NCBI GenBank assembly: GCA_051647685.1
Contig: JBOFEG010000028.1
Location: forward strand, 1,449 to 65,448
DNA length: 64,000 bases
Source: Chlamydiales bacterium
GTDB taxonomy: Bacteria > Chlamydiota > Chlamydiia > Chlamydiales > CALTSX01
Reading direction: 5' to 3'
Positions 44,169 to 54,022 of the stretch are shown piece after piece (positions within the stretch are counted from its first letter, which is position 1; each line of letters begins with the position of its first letter). Below the pieces are notes generated by a model, which worked only from the letters and a program-made list of their open reading frames with translations, had not been told where the DNA came from and made no database searches. A program made the translations under genes and the position numbers.

Positions 44169-46190
44169 ATGGAAAAAAAATTACTCGGGGATTACAGCCT
44201 TATAAAACAGATCGGGAGCGGTCCGCTTGGAATGGTATATCTCGCAGAACATCGCTTTATTAAGAAACAATTTGCCATCAAAATTCTTCCCGAAGAACTG
44301 AGCTCCGATCGAAATTTTATCAAACGGTTTGAAAAGGAAGTTAAGGGGCTCGCTTCACTCGATCATCCAAACATAGTAAAAGTACATAATATCTCTGGAG
44401 CCGATGGTTGTTATTTTTTCGTAACCGATTGTATTGTAGATGCACTCGGCGAGACGACAAATATATCGCAATACATGAGCTACAAAAGAGGACTTCTTCC
44501 GGAAGAGGAGACGAGACTCATTCTTTCCCAAATCGCGTCAGCACTCGATTACGCGCACCAACGCAGCTACGAAGGCGCACCCTTTGTACATAGGGGAATT
44601 AAATTTAATAACATTTTAATTGGGAAGGGTCAAAAAGGACTTGAAGTCTACTTGTCTGATTTTGGACTTACGAAAGTGGTTGGCGAAAGACTTGTGCTTA
44701 CAAGGACCTATAAGACGCTTTCTCAGTGTTTGTCCATTCAGATAGGATCTCCGATTTTGGATCGCTCAGATGTCTATTCAGATGTGCCAGATAGCGTGTC
44801 TGTATCGAAGTTGCATCAATCCTTTTTACAAAATTATGCTTTTCTCTCTCCAGAACAAAAATTGATGAAATCGAGCGAAACTATGGATCCAATGGCCGAT
44901 GTATATGCTTTTGGAGTGCTCGCTTATTATCTCCTTATGGGAACCTTTCCAGAAGGTTTTTTCCCATTGCCCAATACCGTCCACAAACAATATCGATATA
45001 ATTGGGATCACATCATTTATCGATGTCTGCAATTTGATCCTAAAAAAAGACCGAGGTTACTAGGAGAGATTTTAGAAGAGAGCCTACATCTCCAAGAGCT
45101 TCCCAAGATTATTCAAAAACAAATGGACTATTGGAAAGATGGGAGCTCTGCAACAACTCTTTTTCCAGTTGCTAAAGACAATATTGCGACGCCGTTACCA
45201 TCCTCTACTCCTGTATCAACAGCTATTTTATCTCCCTCTAAAAATTCGAGTTCTACTATAGAAGCGCCGGGTATTGCTTCTTTTAGAGAAGAACTGAAGC
45301 CTATGCTAAAACCTACAGAAACACCTCTTAGAGAAGGATTGAAACCTTTATTGAAACCGACTGAGATCAATCGACCAACCTACGAAGCAGATCCTGGCGC
45401 TATGTTTCATACCGATCCGCTTGTCGCGCGGTACATTCCTAAAGAAACACAGGTAAAAGATATCGAGCCTTTATTAACCGATATGAGTATAATTTCTGGT
45501 GGAGAATTTTTTCGCGGTAGTGATGAGAATAGCAGGGATGAGAGACCGAGACATAAAGTATTTTTGTCCAGCTTTGCACTCGATATACATGCAGTAACTA
45601 ATGAACAATTTGTACTTTTTTTAGAGTCTATGGGCGCAGAAAAAGATGGTGCCAATAATGATATTATTCGACTTCGGGAATCACGCATTAAAAAAACTGC
45701 GGGAAAATATGTTATCGAATCTGGGTATGCGAAACATCCGGTAGTAGGAGTTTCTTGGTATGGTGCCGTTGCGTATGCAAAGTGGATTGGTAAAAGACTT
45801 CCCTTTGAATCGGAGTGGGAGGTCATTGCTCAAGGCAATTTGGCCAATGCTGTCTATCCAACCGGAGCTAATATTGAGCGCAGTCAAGCCAATTATTTTA
45901 GCGCTGATACGACAGCTGTCATGAGTTATCCACCCAATGCTTACGGTATTTATGATATTGCTGGCAATGTCTATGAATGGTGTCAGGATTGGTATGATTA
46001 TAATTATTACGAAACTTCGCTCCAAGAACCGGAAAATCCAAGGGGACCTATACAAGGGGTGTACCGAGTTCTACGAGGAGGATGTTGGAAAAGTCTTAAA
46101 GAAGATTTAAGATGTTCTCATCGACATAGAAATAATCCTGGAACTATGAATCGCACTTATGGCTTTCGGTGCGCGACCGATGTACTCTAA
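44169..46190 (+). CDS. pkn1: Ser/Thr protein kinase with a C-terminal FGE-sulfatase (SUMF1) domain, Pkn1-type
   Basis: Kinase motifs GSGPLGMVYLA, AIK, HRGIKFNNIL and DFG. The C-terminal region reads GGEFFRGSDE...RPRHKVFLSSFALDIHAVTNEQF...GNVYEWCQDWY...RVLRGG. Confidence 0.85.
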   Translation: MEKKLLGDYSLIKQIGSGPLGMVYLAEHRFIKKQFAIKILPEELSSDRNFIKRFEKEVKGLASLDHPNIVKVHNISGADGCYFFVTDCIVDALGETTNISQYMSYKRGLLPEEETRLILSQIASALDYAHQRSYEGAPFVHRGIKFNNILIGKGQKGLEVYLSDFGLTKVVGERLVLTRTYKTLSQCLSIQIGSPILDRSDVYSDVPDSVSVSKLHQSFLQNYAFLSPEQKLMKSSETMDPMADVYAFGVLAYYLLMGTFPEGFFPLPNTVHKQYRYNWDHIIYRCLQFDPKKRPRLLGEILEESLHLQELPKIIQKQMDYWKDGSSATTLFPVAKDNIATPLPSSTPVSTAILSPSKNSSSTIEAPGIASFREELKPMLKPTETPLREGLKPLLKPTEINRPTYEADPGAMFHTDPLVARYIPKETQVKDIEPLLTDMSIISGGEFFRGSDENSRDERPRHKVFLSSFALDIHAVTNEQFVLFLESMGAEKDGANNDIIRLRESRIKKTAGKYVIESGYAKHPVVGVSWYGAVAYAKWIGKRLPFESEWEVIAQGNLANAVYPTGANIERSQANYFSADTTAVMSYPPNAYGIYDIAGNVYEWCQDWYDYNYYETSLQEPENPRGPIQGVYRVLRGGCWKSLKEDLRCSHRHRNNPGTMNRTYGFRCATDVL

Positions 46191-46217
46191 AACTAAAATC
46201 GTTTTCCCTATAAAATT

Positions 46218-47141
46218 ATGAAATTGTATCTCTCATCACCCAGAGGCTTTTGTGCCGGAGTTATTCGAGCTATTCAAACAGTAGAATTGGCTCTTGTCAA
46301 ATGGGGGGCTCCTATTTATGTCAAACATCAGATTGTTCATAACCGATATGTAGTGGATGGGTTGGAGCAAAAAGGGGCTATCTTTGTCGAAGATCTTACA
46401 GCTGTTCCACGGGGAAGCTATCTGATCTATTCCGCTCATGGAGTATCTCCAGAAGTACGCGCAATAGCTAAAGAGAGGGAGCTCAAAGAAATCGATGCAA
46501 CTTGTGGTCTGGTCACACGAGTCCATTCCGCTGCTAAGCGATTTGCTGCAAAAAATTACCATATTATTTTAATTGGACATAGAAACCACGTTGAAGTACA
46601 GGGAACCGCTGGCGAAGTTCTCGGGAATGTAACTATTATTGAATCTGTGGCAGAAGTCGACAAACTTACCTTTTCTCCCGAGCAAAAGTTATTTTATCTT
46701 ACCCAAACCACGTTAAGTCTGATCGATGTCGAAGAAATTGTTTTTGCTCTCCGGCAAAAATACCCATCTGTTGACACTCTTCCTAGCTCATCTATTTGTT
46801 ATGCAACTACCAATAGGCAACTAGCGCTCCAACAAATTGTAGAAAAATCACAGATTATTATTGTAGTAGGGGATAAGTTAAGTTCTAATTCTAACCGCTT
46901 ACGGGAACTTGGAGAAAAAGCGGGCGTTCCTTCTTATCTTATTAATAGTCCAGGAGAAATTAATCCAGAGTGGCTGCTCAATGTAGAATCGATTGGACTG
47001 ACTGCTGGCGCGTCCACACCCGAGTCTATTGTCCAAAATTGCATCGCGCGACTCGAAGAACTCGGTGTCAAAGAGACAGAGGAAATTTCCTTTGCAACTG
47101 AAAATGTCCTCTTTCAATTGCCTAAAGAAGTTACAGTATGA
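46218..47141 (+). CDS. ispH: 4-hydroxy-3-methylbut-2-enyl diphosphate reductase
   Basis: PRGFCAGVIRAI, SAHGVSP, a conserved Cys at ATCGLV and further IspH blocks. Confidence 0.95.
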   Translation: MKLYLSSPRGFCAGVIRAIQTVELALVKWGAPIYVKHQIVHNRYVVDGLEQKGAIFVEDLTAVPRGSYLIYSAHGVSPEVRAIAKERELKEIDATCGLVTRVHSAAKRFAAKNYHIILIGHRNHVEVQGTAGEVLGNVTIIESVAEVDKLTFSPEQKLFYLTQTTLSLIDVEEIVFALRQKYPSVDTLPSSSICYATTNRQLALQQIVEKSQIIIVVGDKLSSNSNRLRELGEKAGVPSYLINSPGEINPEWLLNVESIGLTAGASTPESIVQNCIARLEELGVKETEEISFATENVLFQLPKEVTV

Positions 47142-47575
47142 AGCAAGAGCTATGTAGCGGAGTGATTCCTGTATCGTGCAAGCGCGATGAAATTTGTGTC
47201 CTACTCGTTCAACATCGAAAAGGTTCTTATTGGGGGTTTCCGAAAGGTCACCTATCAAATTCAGAAGATATAAAAATAGCGGCAGTACGAGAACTGCGGG
47301 AAGAAACAAACTTGGAAGTACTTCGTTTTTTAGAAATAGATCCACTGCAAGAGCAATATATATTTTTTCGGTCACAAGAAGAGATATCTAAGACAGTTTG
47401 GTATTATATAGCGGAGACAACTACGATCTTCTCTACTCAACGCGAGGAAATTCTTGATGCAAAATGGGTGAAATTGCAAGAATTACTCTCTTATGCTTCT
47501 CATGCGAGTTCGCGTGCATTAATGAAACAAGCTCGAGATGTAATACTAGAGTTTTATAAAGAGGAATTACTATGA
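47138..47575 (+). CDS. Nudix hydrolase, Ap4A hydrolase-like
   Basis: WGFPKGHLSNSEDIKIAAVRELREETNL contains a complete Nudix box. Confidence 0.8.
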   Translation: MKQELCSGVIPVSCKRDEICVLLVQHRKGSYWGFPKGHLSNSEDIKIAAVRELREETNLEVLRFLEIDPLQEQYIFFRSQEEISKTVWYYIAETTTIFSTQREEILDAKWVKLQELLSYASHASSRALMKQARDVILEFYKEELL

Positions 47576-48141
47576 TTAAAAGTTTATCACTCTTACTCCA
47601 ATCATCGCTGCCAAATGCGAGTAGATCCCAGTCTGTAGGCTATGTTCGCGCTTTGCGATGTTTATTATGCTCATTGTTAATAAGTATTGCATCCCCCCTT
47701 GCCGTTTATCTCCCATTTTGTCCCGTTCCGGTTGTCCTTCAAGTTCAACTATGCTTATTTTTTGCTGCTATGTATGGCGCTAGAGATGGACTCATCATTG
47801 TCTTATTGTTCCTCCTCCAAGGGATAATGGGCGCTCCGGTTTTTGCGGGAGGATCATCTGGCATTATGTGTTTACTCGGTCCGGGCGGGGGTTACCTTAT
47901 CGGCTATGCACTGGGCGCTTTCTGTACCGGAACCATTGTGGAGAGATATAACAATCAATCTATTCTTGCGATGGCTGTCGGAAATGTTATTGTATATATG
48001 ATGGGCTCTTTGCACTTATCGAGTTTTATTCCCATGAAGCAAGCATTCTTACTGGGAGTACTTCCCTATATTCCATTAGACCTGTTAAAAATAGCCTTCT
48101 TCGGTAAGATTACATCTTATAGTCGTCGGGGTGTGAAATAA
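47572..48141 (+). CDS. bioY: biotin transporter BioY
   Basis: 189 aa with 5-6 TM helices and GPGGGYLIGY. Confidence 0.85.
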   Translation: MIKSLSLLLQSSLPNASRSQSVGYVRALRCLLCSLLISIASPLAVYLPFCPVPVVLQVQLCLFFAAMYGARDGLIIVLLFLLQGIMGAPVFAGGSSGIMCLLGPGGGYLIGYALGAFCTGTIVERYNNQSILAMAVGNVIVYMMGSLHLSSFIPMKQAFLLGVLPYIPLDLLKIAFFGKITSYSRRGVK

Positions 48142-48172
48142 TTTAGAAAAGCTGGGAAAATACATCTCTCAA

Positions 48173-48412
48173 TTAGAGAACTAGATGACCTTGAAATATA
48201 CGTTTAGCAATCTCAGAGATTTTTAGAATTAACGAGTTTTGATTATCTAGATTTATTTGTGTCATTTCACGACTTTGGAGACCCAGTTTTTGTTTGCCTT
48301 TATTTCCCCATTTAACATTTAAAAAAATTTTTTTGCTTTTTTCTATAATAGTCTGAGCAACTTTTGGTATTACTCTATGTCCTTGCACACGCCTTGCGCG
48401 ATGAATGCCCAT
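48173..48412 (-). CDS. hypothetical protein (79 aa)
   Basis: ORF only, in an AT-rich spacer. Confidence 0.25.
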   Translation of the reverse strand: MGIHRARRVQGHRVIPKVAQTIIEKSKKIFLNVKWGNKGKQKLGLQSREMTQINLDNQNSLILKISEIAKRIFQGHLVL

Positions 48413-48826
48413 GAATTTTCTCCTTTGTTCTAGATCAAGAAATATCTATATTTCTTTACGTTATTTTTTCGGGGATGTCAATATAGAAATTCTCTCCAGA
48501 TAAGCGAGTAAGACTTATTTGAACTTTTTTCTATCAGAGTAGTTTGCAACAATCTCTTTCTTAAGAACTCTCATAATTTTCTGAATCTTTTTATTTAAGG
48601 CATCTTTATTTGTTTTATTCGATTCAATAGATGGGGTATTGTTTTTTTCAATTTTCATTATATTCTCTATTCATTTTATTATTAGTTTTTATAAATAATA
48701 TTGTTATATTTTTTTTCAATAAATTATTTTTAATAAAATTACTTTATAGTTTGAAATTTATAATTGGCATAGAGAGAAGAATATGATATTATATCTAAAA
48801 TCTACGTACAAAATGGAGTAAGATAG

Positions 48827-51541
48827 GTGAAAAGCTTTTTGATTCTATGCTTAACATGGCTTGCGCGACTCACAATTCGGATACGTTATAGAATCTGTTG
48901 CAAAAATCTTGACTCCCTTATCAAAAATTATAGTGATAAAAAAGGGATCCTGTTTCTTCCTAATCATCCAGCTGAAATCGATTCCGTAATTTTAATGTCC
49001 CGTATCTGGCCTTATTTTAAGCCAAAACCCCTTGTAGTTGAACACTTTTTCTATCAAAAAAATCTTAATCCTTTTATGAAATTGGTCAATGCGATTCCCA
49101 TTCCGAACTTTGAGAATTCTGCCAATAGTTGGAAAATTAAAAAGGGAGAAATGGCTGTAAATCAAGTGATTCAAGAATTAAAGGAGGGAAAAAACTTCTT
49201 AATTTATCCCACAGGTCATTTGAAGAGAAATGGTAGAGATGTCGTTGGTGGATCTTCCATTGTCCATAGATTACTCCAAGAAGTCCCCGAGACAAAAGTA
49301 GTTCTCATACGCATATCGGGACTGTGGGGGAGTTCTTTTTCTAAAGCGCTTACTGGAAAAGTTCCTCATTTTTGGGATGGGGTTTTTAATCAAATCAAAA
49401 CAATCCTAAAAAATGGCATATTCTTTGTTCCTAAAAGACAAATTGATATTGAATTCCTCGCGTCTCCTGAAAACTTTCCCTATAACAAGTCTAAAATTGA
49501 ACTCAATGATTATATGGAACATTGGTTTAATCAATATATAGATGAGCAGGGAAATAAAGTCGATCGAGAACCTTTGCGGCTCGTTTCATTTTCTAGATGG
49601 AAAACAGAACTTCCCGAAGTGGAATACCAAGAACAACTTCAATTAAGACAAAAGGGTGTCCTTCATATCTCAGAGGAAGAACGTTTGAAGGTATACGAAC
49701 AAATCTCAGAACTCTCCAACATCCCGGTAACAGACATTCAAGAAAATATGGATTTGTCAAAAGATCTCGGTCTCGATTCTTTAGATGCAGCTACTCTTTA
49801 TGCATTTTTAGATCAGAGCTATAAAATTAATCTAGTCGATTTGAGTGCGTTAAAAACTGTGTATGATGTTTTAGAACTTATTGGCGCAGATAGACCTGCG
49901 CCAGAACCGATCCAAGAGCAGGTAGAATTGAAGCCTTGGCCAAAAGAAGGGAAAAGACCTAGGGTCCTCATACCCGACGGGCAAACTATCCAAGAAGTTT
50001 TTCTTGTATCTGTTGAGAGATTGAAAGATTTTATGGCCTGTTCTGATCAACGCAGAGATGCGATGAGTTATAAAGAATTTAAAAAACTCGCTCTTATCCT
50101 TGCGACAAGATTTTCCGCTTATCCAGGAAAGTATATTGGGATTCTGTTGCCCGCTTGCATTAGTGTATACATCGTCGTATTTGCTCTATTGCTCGTAGGG
50201 AAAATCCCCGTTATGCTGAATTGGACAGCAGGGGTTCGTACACTCAATTTTGCAACTCTCTTACTCGATCTCGACGTTGTTATTTCATCTCGTCAGTTTT
50301 TAGATCAGGTCCAAACTTTAACTCTGGGATCTATCGATGAAAAACTGGTACTACTTGAAGATGTCAAAGATTCCTTAAAGTGGAGTGAAAAGCTAAAAGG
50401 TTTATATCTATCTACACTAAAACCACAATCTTTGCACAAAAAACTTAAACTAGATACTATAAAAGCAGATGATACTGCACTTATTTTATTTACCAGCGGA
50501 ACAGAAACACTACCTAAAGCAGTTCCACTCAGCCACAAGAATATCCTCAGCAACCAAAGAGCGGGCATGGATTTTCTAGATCTTCGTTCTGATGACATAT
50601 TATTTGGTGTGCTGCCTCCGTTTCACTCCTTTGGATTTTCTCTTGCCGGCATTATGCCTATTCTTGCTGGAATTCGAGTCTATTATTCTCCGGATCCAAA
50701 TGATAGTAGACGAATGGGGTATGAAATGGAAACCAAGGAAACTACTCTTGTGTGTATGGCTCCAAGTTTTTATAAGAATCTATTTAAAGTCGCGACCAAA
50801 GAACAACTGAAATCTGTTAGATGGTTTATCTCTGGTGCCGAAAAAGCAACAGACGATCTCTTTGAATACGTAAAGAGACTTGGGAAAAATAAACGTATAG
50901 TAGAGGGTTATGGAATTACCGAATGTTCTCCAATGGTCACAGTTTGCCATCCAGATAGACCGCCTGTTGGGGTTGGACAACCTCTAAATAATATAGAAAT
51001 TTGCTCTATTCACCCTGAGACACATGAGTTATTACCTAAAGGAGAAATGGGTGAAATCTGTATTCATGGCCCGAATGTATTCGCGGGATACCTCGGTAAA
51101 AAACCTATAGATAGTTTTGTTCAATTAAATAATAAAATTTGGTATCGCAGTGGCGATATGGGTTATCTCAATGAAGATGGCTATTTAATCCTTGGCGGTA
51201 GACTGAAAAGATTTATTAAAATAGGCGGCGAGATGATCAGTCTGGAAGCTGTCGAGCAAGAGCTTAAAAAAGTTGCAAAACAGAAGCATTGGGTATCATC
51301 TGTTGACGATAAAGCAAATCTTGCACTAATTGGATTTGAAAAGTATGAAGGGAAGCCTTATCTTGTTTTATTTACTACCTTCACTGTGAATCGAGATGAA
51401 ATCAATACAGTGATTAGAGATTCTGGTTTTGGAAGAATTGTAAAAATTGCGGAAGTACAAAAATTGGCCGAAATTCCTTTGACTGGAACGGGTAAAGTGC
51501 ATTATCGAGTATTAGAAGAAAAATTATTAGACAAGTCATAA
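48827..51541 (+). CDS. aas: bifunctional acyltransferase / acyl-ACP synthetase (Aas) with an internal carrier-protein domain
   Basis: PlsC-type HX4D motif (NHPAEID), carrier-domain DLGLDSLDAATL and the AMP-binding motif LFTSGTETLPKAV. GTG start. Confidence 0.85.
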   Translation: MKSFLILCLTWLARLTIRIRYRICCKNLDSLIKNYSDKKGILFLPNHPAEIDSVILMSRIWPYFKPKPLVVEHFFYQKNLNPFMKLVNAIPIPNFENSANSWKIKKGEMAVNQVIQELKEGKNFLIYPTGHLKRNGRDVVGGSSIVHRLLQEVPETKVVLIRISGLWGSSFSKALTGKVPHFWDGVFNQIKTILKNGIFFVPKRQIDIEFLASPENFPYNKSKIELNDYMEHWFNQYIDEQGNKVDREPLRLVSFSRWKTELPEVEYQEQLQLRQKGVLHISEEERLKVYEQISELSNIPVTDIQENMDLSKDLGLDSLDAATLYAFLDQSYKINLVDLSALKTVYDVLELIGADRPAPEPIQEQVELKPWPKEGKRPRVLIPDGQTIQEVFLVSVERLKDFMACSDQRRDAMSYKEFKKLALILATRFSAYPGKYIGILLPACISVYIVVFALLLVGKIPVMLNWTAGVRTLNFATLLLDLDVVISSRQFLDQVQTLTLGSIDEKLVLLEDVKDSLKWSEKLKGLYLSTLKPQSLHKKLKLDTIKADDTALILFTSGTETLPKAVPLSHKNILSNQRAGMDFLDLRSDDILFGVLPPFHSFGFSLAGIMPILAGIRVYYSPDPNDSRRMGYEMETKETTLVCMAPSFYKNLFKVATKEQLKSVRWFISGAEKATDDLFEYVKRLGKNKRIVEGYGITECSPMVTVCHPDRPPVGVGQPLNNIEICSIHPETHELLPKGEMGEICIHGPNVFAGYLGKKPIDSFVQLNNKIWYRSGDMGYLNEDGYLILGGRLKRFIKIGGEMISLEAVEQELKKVAKQKHWVSSVDDKANLALIGFEKYEGKPYLVLFTTFTVNRDEINTVIRDSGFGRIVKIAEVQKLAEIPLTGTGKVHYRVLEEKLLDKS

Positions 51542-52995
51542 TGGCTCAGCAAGAAAACATTTCTTTAGTCCTGTATAATACAGAAACAAAGAAGAAAGAA
51601 ACTATTGTGCGTGGCAAACACAAGCAATTTTACCTCTATACTTGCGGTCCCACTGTCTATGATTACGCCCACATTGGAAATTTCCGCACTTACCTAGTAG
51701 AAGATCTCATTCGCAGAACATTGCGATATCTAAACTTTCCCGTCTTTCAAGTGATGAATATCACAGATGTCGACGATAAAACAATTCAAAGGGCGCTTGC
51801 TAAAAATGTGACTTTAGAAGAATACACCTATCCATACACGCAAGCCTTCTTAGAAGATCTAGATATTCTTCAAATTCAAAAAGCAGAAAAATATCCTCGA
51901 GCCACTCACTTTATTCCGCAAATGATCGAAATGATTAAAAAATTGATCGAACAAGGGAGTGCTTATGTAAGGGATGCGAATGTTTTCTTTAACATTCAAA
52001 AATTCCCAACGTACGGCAGGCTTTCTCATCTGCAGGTGAAAGATCTTAAAGTCGGTGCATCCAATCGGATAGATCGAGACGAATATTCAAAAGAATCCGT
52101 TAGCGATTTTGTCTTGTGGAAAGCACATGATCCTATTCGCGATGGGCAAATTTTTTGGGAAAGTCCCTTTGGGCGTGGCAGGCCGGGATGGCATATCGAA
52201 TGTTCTGCTATGGCGTGCGCATTACTTGGAAAATCTATCGACATGCATATGGGTGGAGTAGACAATATTTTCCCGCACCATGAAAATGAAATTGCACAAT
52301 CCGAATCTTGTTTTCACACTCGATTTGTCCGTTATTGGGTACATGTGGAACATCTCTTAGTCGACGGGAAAAAAATGTCGAAGAGTCTTCATAATTTCTA
52401 TACATTGCGGGATCTACTTAAGATGGGATTTTTTGGACGAGAAATTCGTTATTGTCTAATCAATGCACACTATCGAATGCAGTATAACTTTAGTTTAGAC
52501 ACTCTGAAAGGGAGTAGAACGGCTCTGCGAAGAATTGATGATTTTGTATCTCGAATACAAGAGATTGAAAGTACGGAAAATATAATCCATAAGGATACTT
52601 CTACTGCGATCCAAAATATGCAGAAAAAGTTCTTTAGTGCAATTATGGATGATCTAAATGTCCCAATGGCACTGGCTGCTTTATTCGATGGTATTCGAGA
52701 ACTGCATAGTCTATGTGATCAGCTAAAGGTGAGCTATGCCAATGCTCAAGATATCCTTTCTATTTTCGAATCGTTTCATAGTATACTCGGAATCTTTTCA
52801 TTAGAAAGTGACTCTGAAATCCCAGCCGATATAATGCACGCTTTTGAAAAGAGAAATCAGGCAAGGCTTGTCAAAGATTATGCTGCCTCTGATAAGCATC
52901 GAAATTATATTTTGGATCGGGGATATACGATTGAAGATACGAAAGACGGATCTAGAGTACGTAAGATCAGAACGTATACGAATACTCAATTTTAA
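51541..52995 (+). CDS. cysS: cysteine--tRNA ligase
   Basis: CGPTVYDYAHIGNFR (HIGH region) and KMSKS. Confidence 0.95.
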   Translation: MAQQENISLVLYNTETKKKETIVRGKHKQFYLYTCGPTVYDYAHIGNFRTYLVEDLIRRTLRYLNFPVFQVMNITDVDDKTIQRALAKNVTLEEYTYPYTQAFLEDLDILQIQKAEKYPRATHFIPQMIEMIKKLIEQGSAYVRDANVFFNIQKFPTYGRLSHLQVKDLKVGASNRIDRDEYSKESVSDFVLWKAHDPIRDGQIFWESPFGRGRPGWHIECSAMACALLGKSIDMHMGGVDNIFPHHENEIAQSESCFHTRFVRYWVHVEHLLVDGKKMSKSLHNFYTLRDLLKMGFFGREIRYCLINAHYRMQYNFSLDTLKGSRTALRRIDDFVSRIQEIESTENIIHKDTSTAIQNMQKKFFSAIMDDLNVPMALAALFDGIRELHSLCDQLKVSYANAQDILSIFESFHSILGIFSLESDSEIPADIMHAFEKRNQARLVKDYAASDKHRNYILDRGYTIEDTKDGSRVRKIRTYTNTQF

Positions 52996-53113
52996 CCACA
53001 TAGCTTTCACTATCTACTCAAAAGAAGATTGATGAATCTTAATTCAAAAAAATATAATTGGTTTTAATCAATATAAAAGATAGTATCGTCACTCAAAAAA
53101 ATAATGGAAACTT

Positions 53114-54022
53114 ATGACTGTTACTACAATAAATAATTATAATCCTTTGATATTTCAGGTAAGCCTATATGCGTTAGAAAAGGTTATTGAAAATACTGTT
53201 AATCTCGCTACTGCTGTCTTCTCTTTCAGCAAAGCAACGGCGATGTTATGTGCATCGGCAGTTGCTATACCAGATTTAATCATAAATTATTGTTTTAAAG
53301 CAGATTCTACTCTATATAAAATTACCTTGCTTCCCTGTAAAGTTTTGAATATTGGATTCGATAGAATCGAAGATCTTATAATTCGTGTAAATCGAAAAGT
53401 TTTAGATATCCTTAATATACGATTATCACTACCAATTAGTCGGTTGCAGTTGAAAGCAGCATTACAAAAATGGGAAAATGAGAATCCTTTAGAAAGAGAG
53501 GAGAGACAAAAAGCAAGTGATAGAATTATCTACCACTCCGGAACTCTAACATTCTGGGAACCTTTTCGCGAGCTTGTTGTCACTATAACAAATTATCAAA
53601 TGCAATCCACTCTATCTGTAAGTATGATTACTCTAATTTTTTCGATTATTACTGCGAAACTTTCTCTGCTTCCTACAAATCATACTTGTATAAATCTAAG
53701 TGGTCTTAGATTGCGATCTCTTCCCCCCGTATTTCATAATAAAAATTTTTCTAATCTATATTCATTACAGTTGGACGATAACGAACTTACGAGTCTTCCG
53801 CAAAATCTTTTAAGTGGTTTAAGTGATCAAACTGAAATATCGATAAAAAATAATAATTTTTCAGCCCTATATTTGTTATCACTTGAAAGACTCCAAAATG
53901 ATACTAATTATTCTGGACCCCGTATTAGTCCTCTGTCCTTCTATAGCAGGCAAATCCAAAGAAGCAGCCGAAGGTGGCATTCTTTCTTAAGAGACGATAC
54001 TATAGGGGCTTCTTCATTTTAA
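53114..54022 (+). CDS. leucine-rich-repeat protein, candidate secreted effector
   Basis: The C-terminal third holds LRR units: [37 protein letters not shown] and [13 protein letters not shown]. Confidence 0.6.
   Translation: MTVTTINNYNPLIFQVSLYALEKVIENTVNLATAVFSFSKATAMLCASAVAIPDLIINYCFKADSTLYKITLLPCKVLNIGFDRIEDLIIRVNRKVLDILNIRLSLPISRLQLKAALQKWENENPLEREERQKASDRIIYHSGTLTFWEPFRELVVTITNYQMQSTLSVSMITLIFSIITAKLSLLPTNHTCINLSGLRLRSLPPVFHNKNFSNLYSLQLDDNELTSLPQNLLSGLSDQTEISIKNNNFSALYLLSLERLQNDTNYSGPRISPLSFYSRQIQRSSRRWHSFLRDDTIGASSF

Noticed and set aside
48173-48658. A 47-aa ORF (48515-48658) plus the 79-aa ORF (48173-48412) as a possible small TA-like pair in the AT-rich spacer.
   Set aside because: The two are about 100 nt apart. 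Their ribosome-binding sites are weak and I could recognise no toxin or antitoxin motif. The region is highly AT-rich, where spurious ORFs are common.
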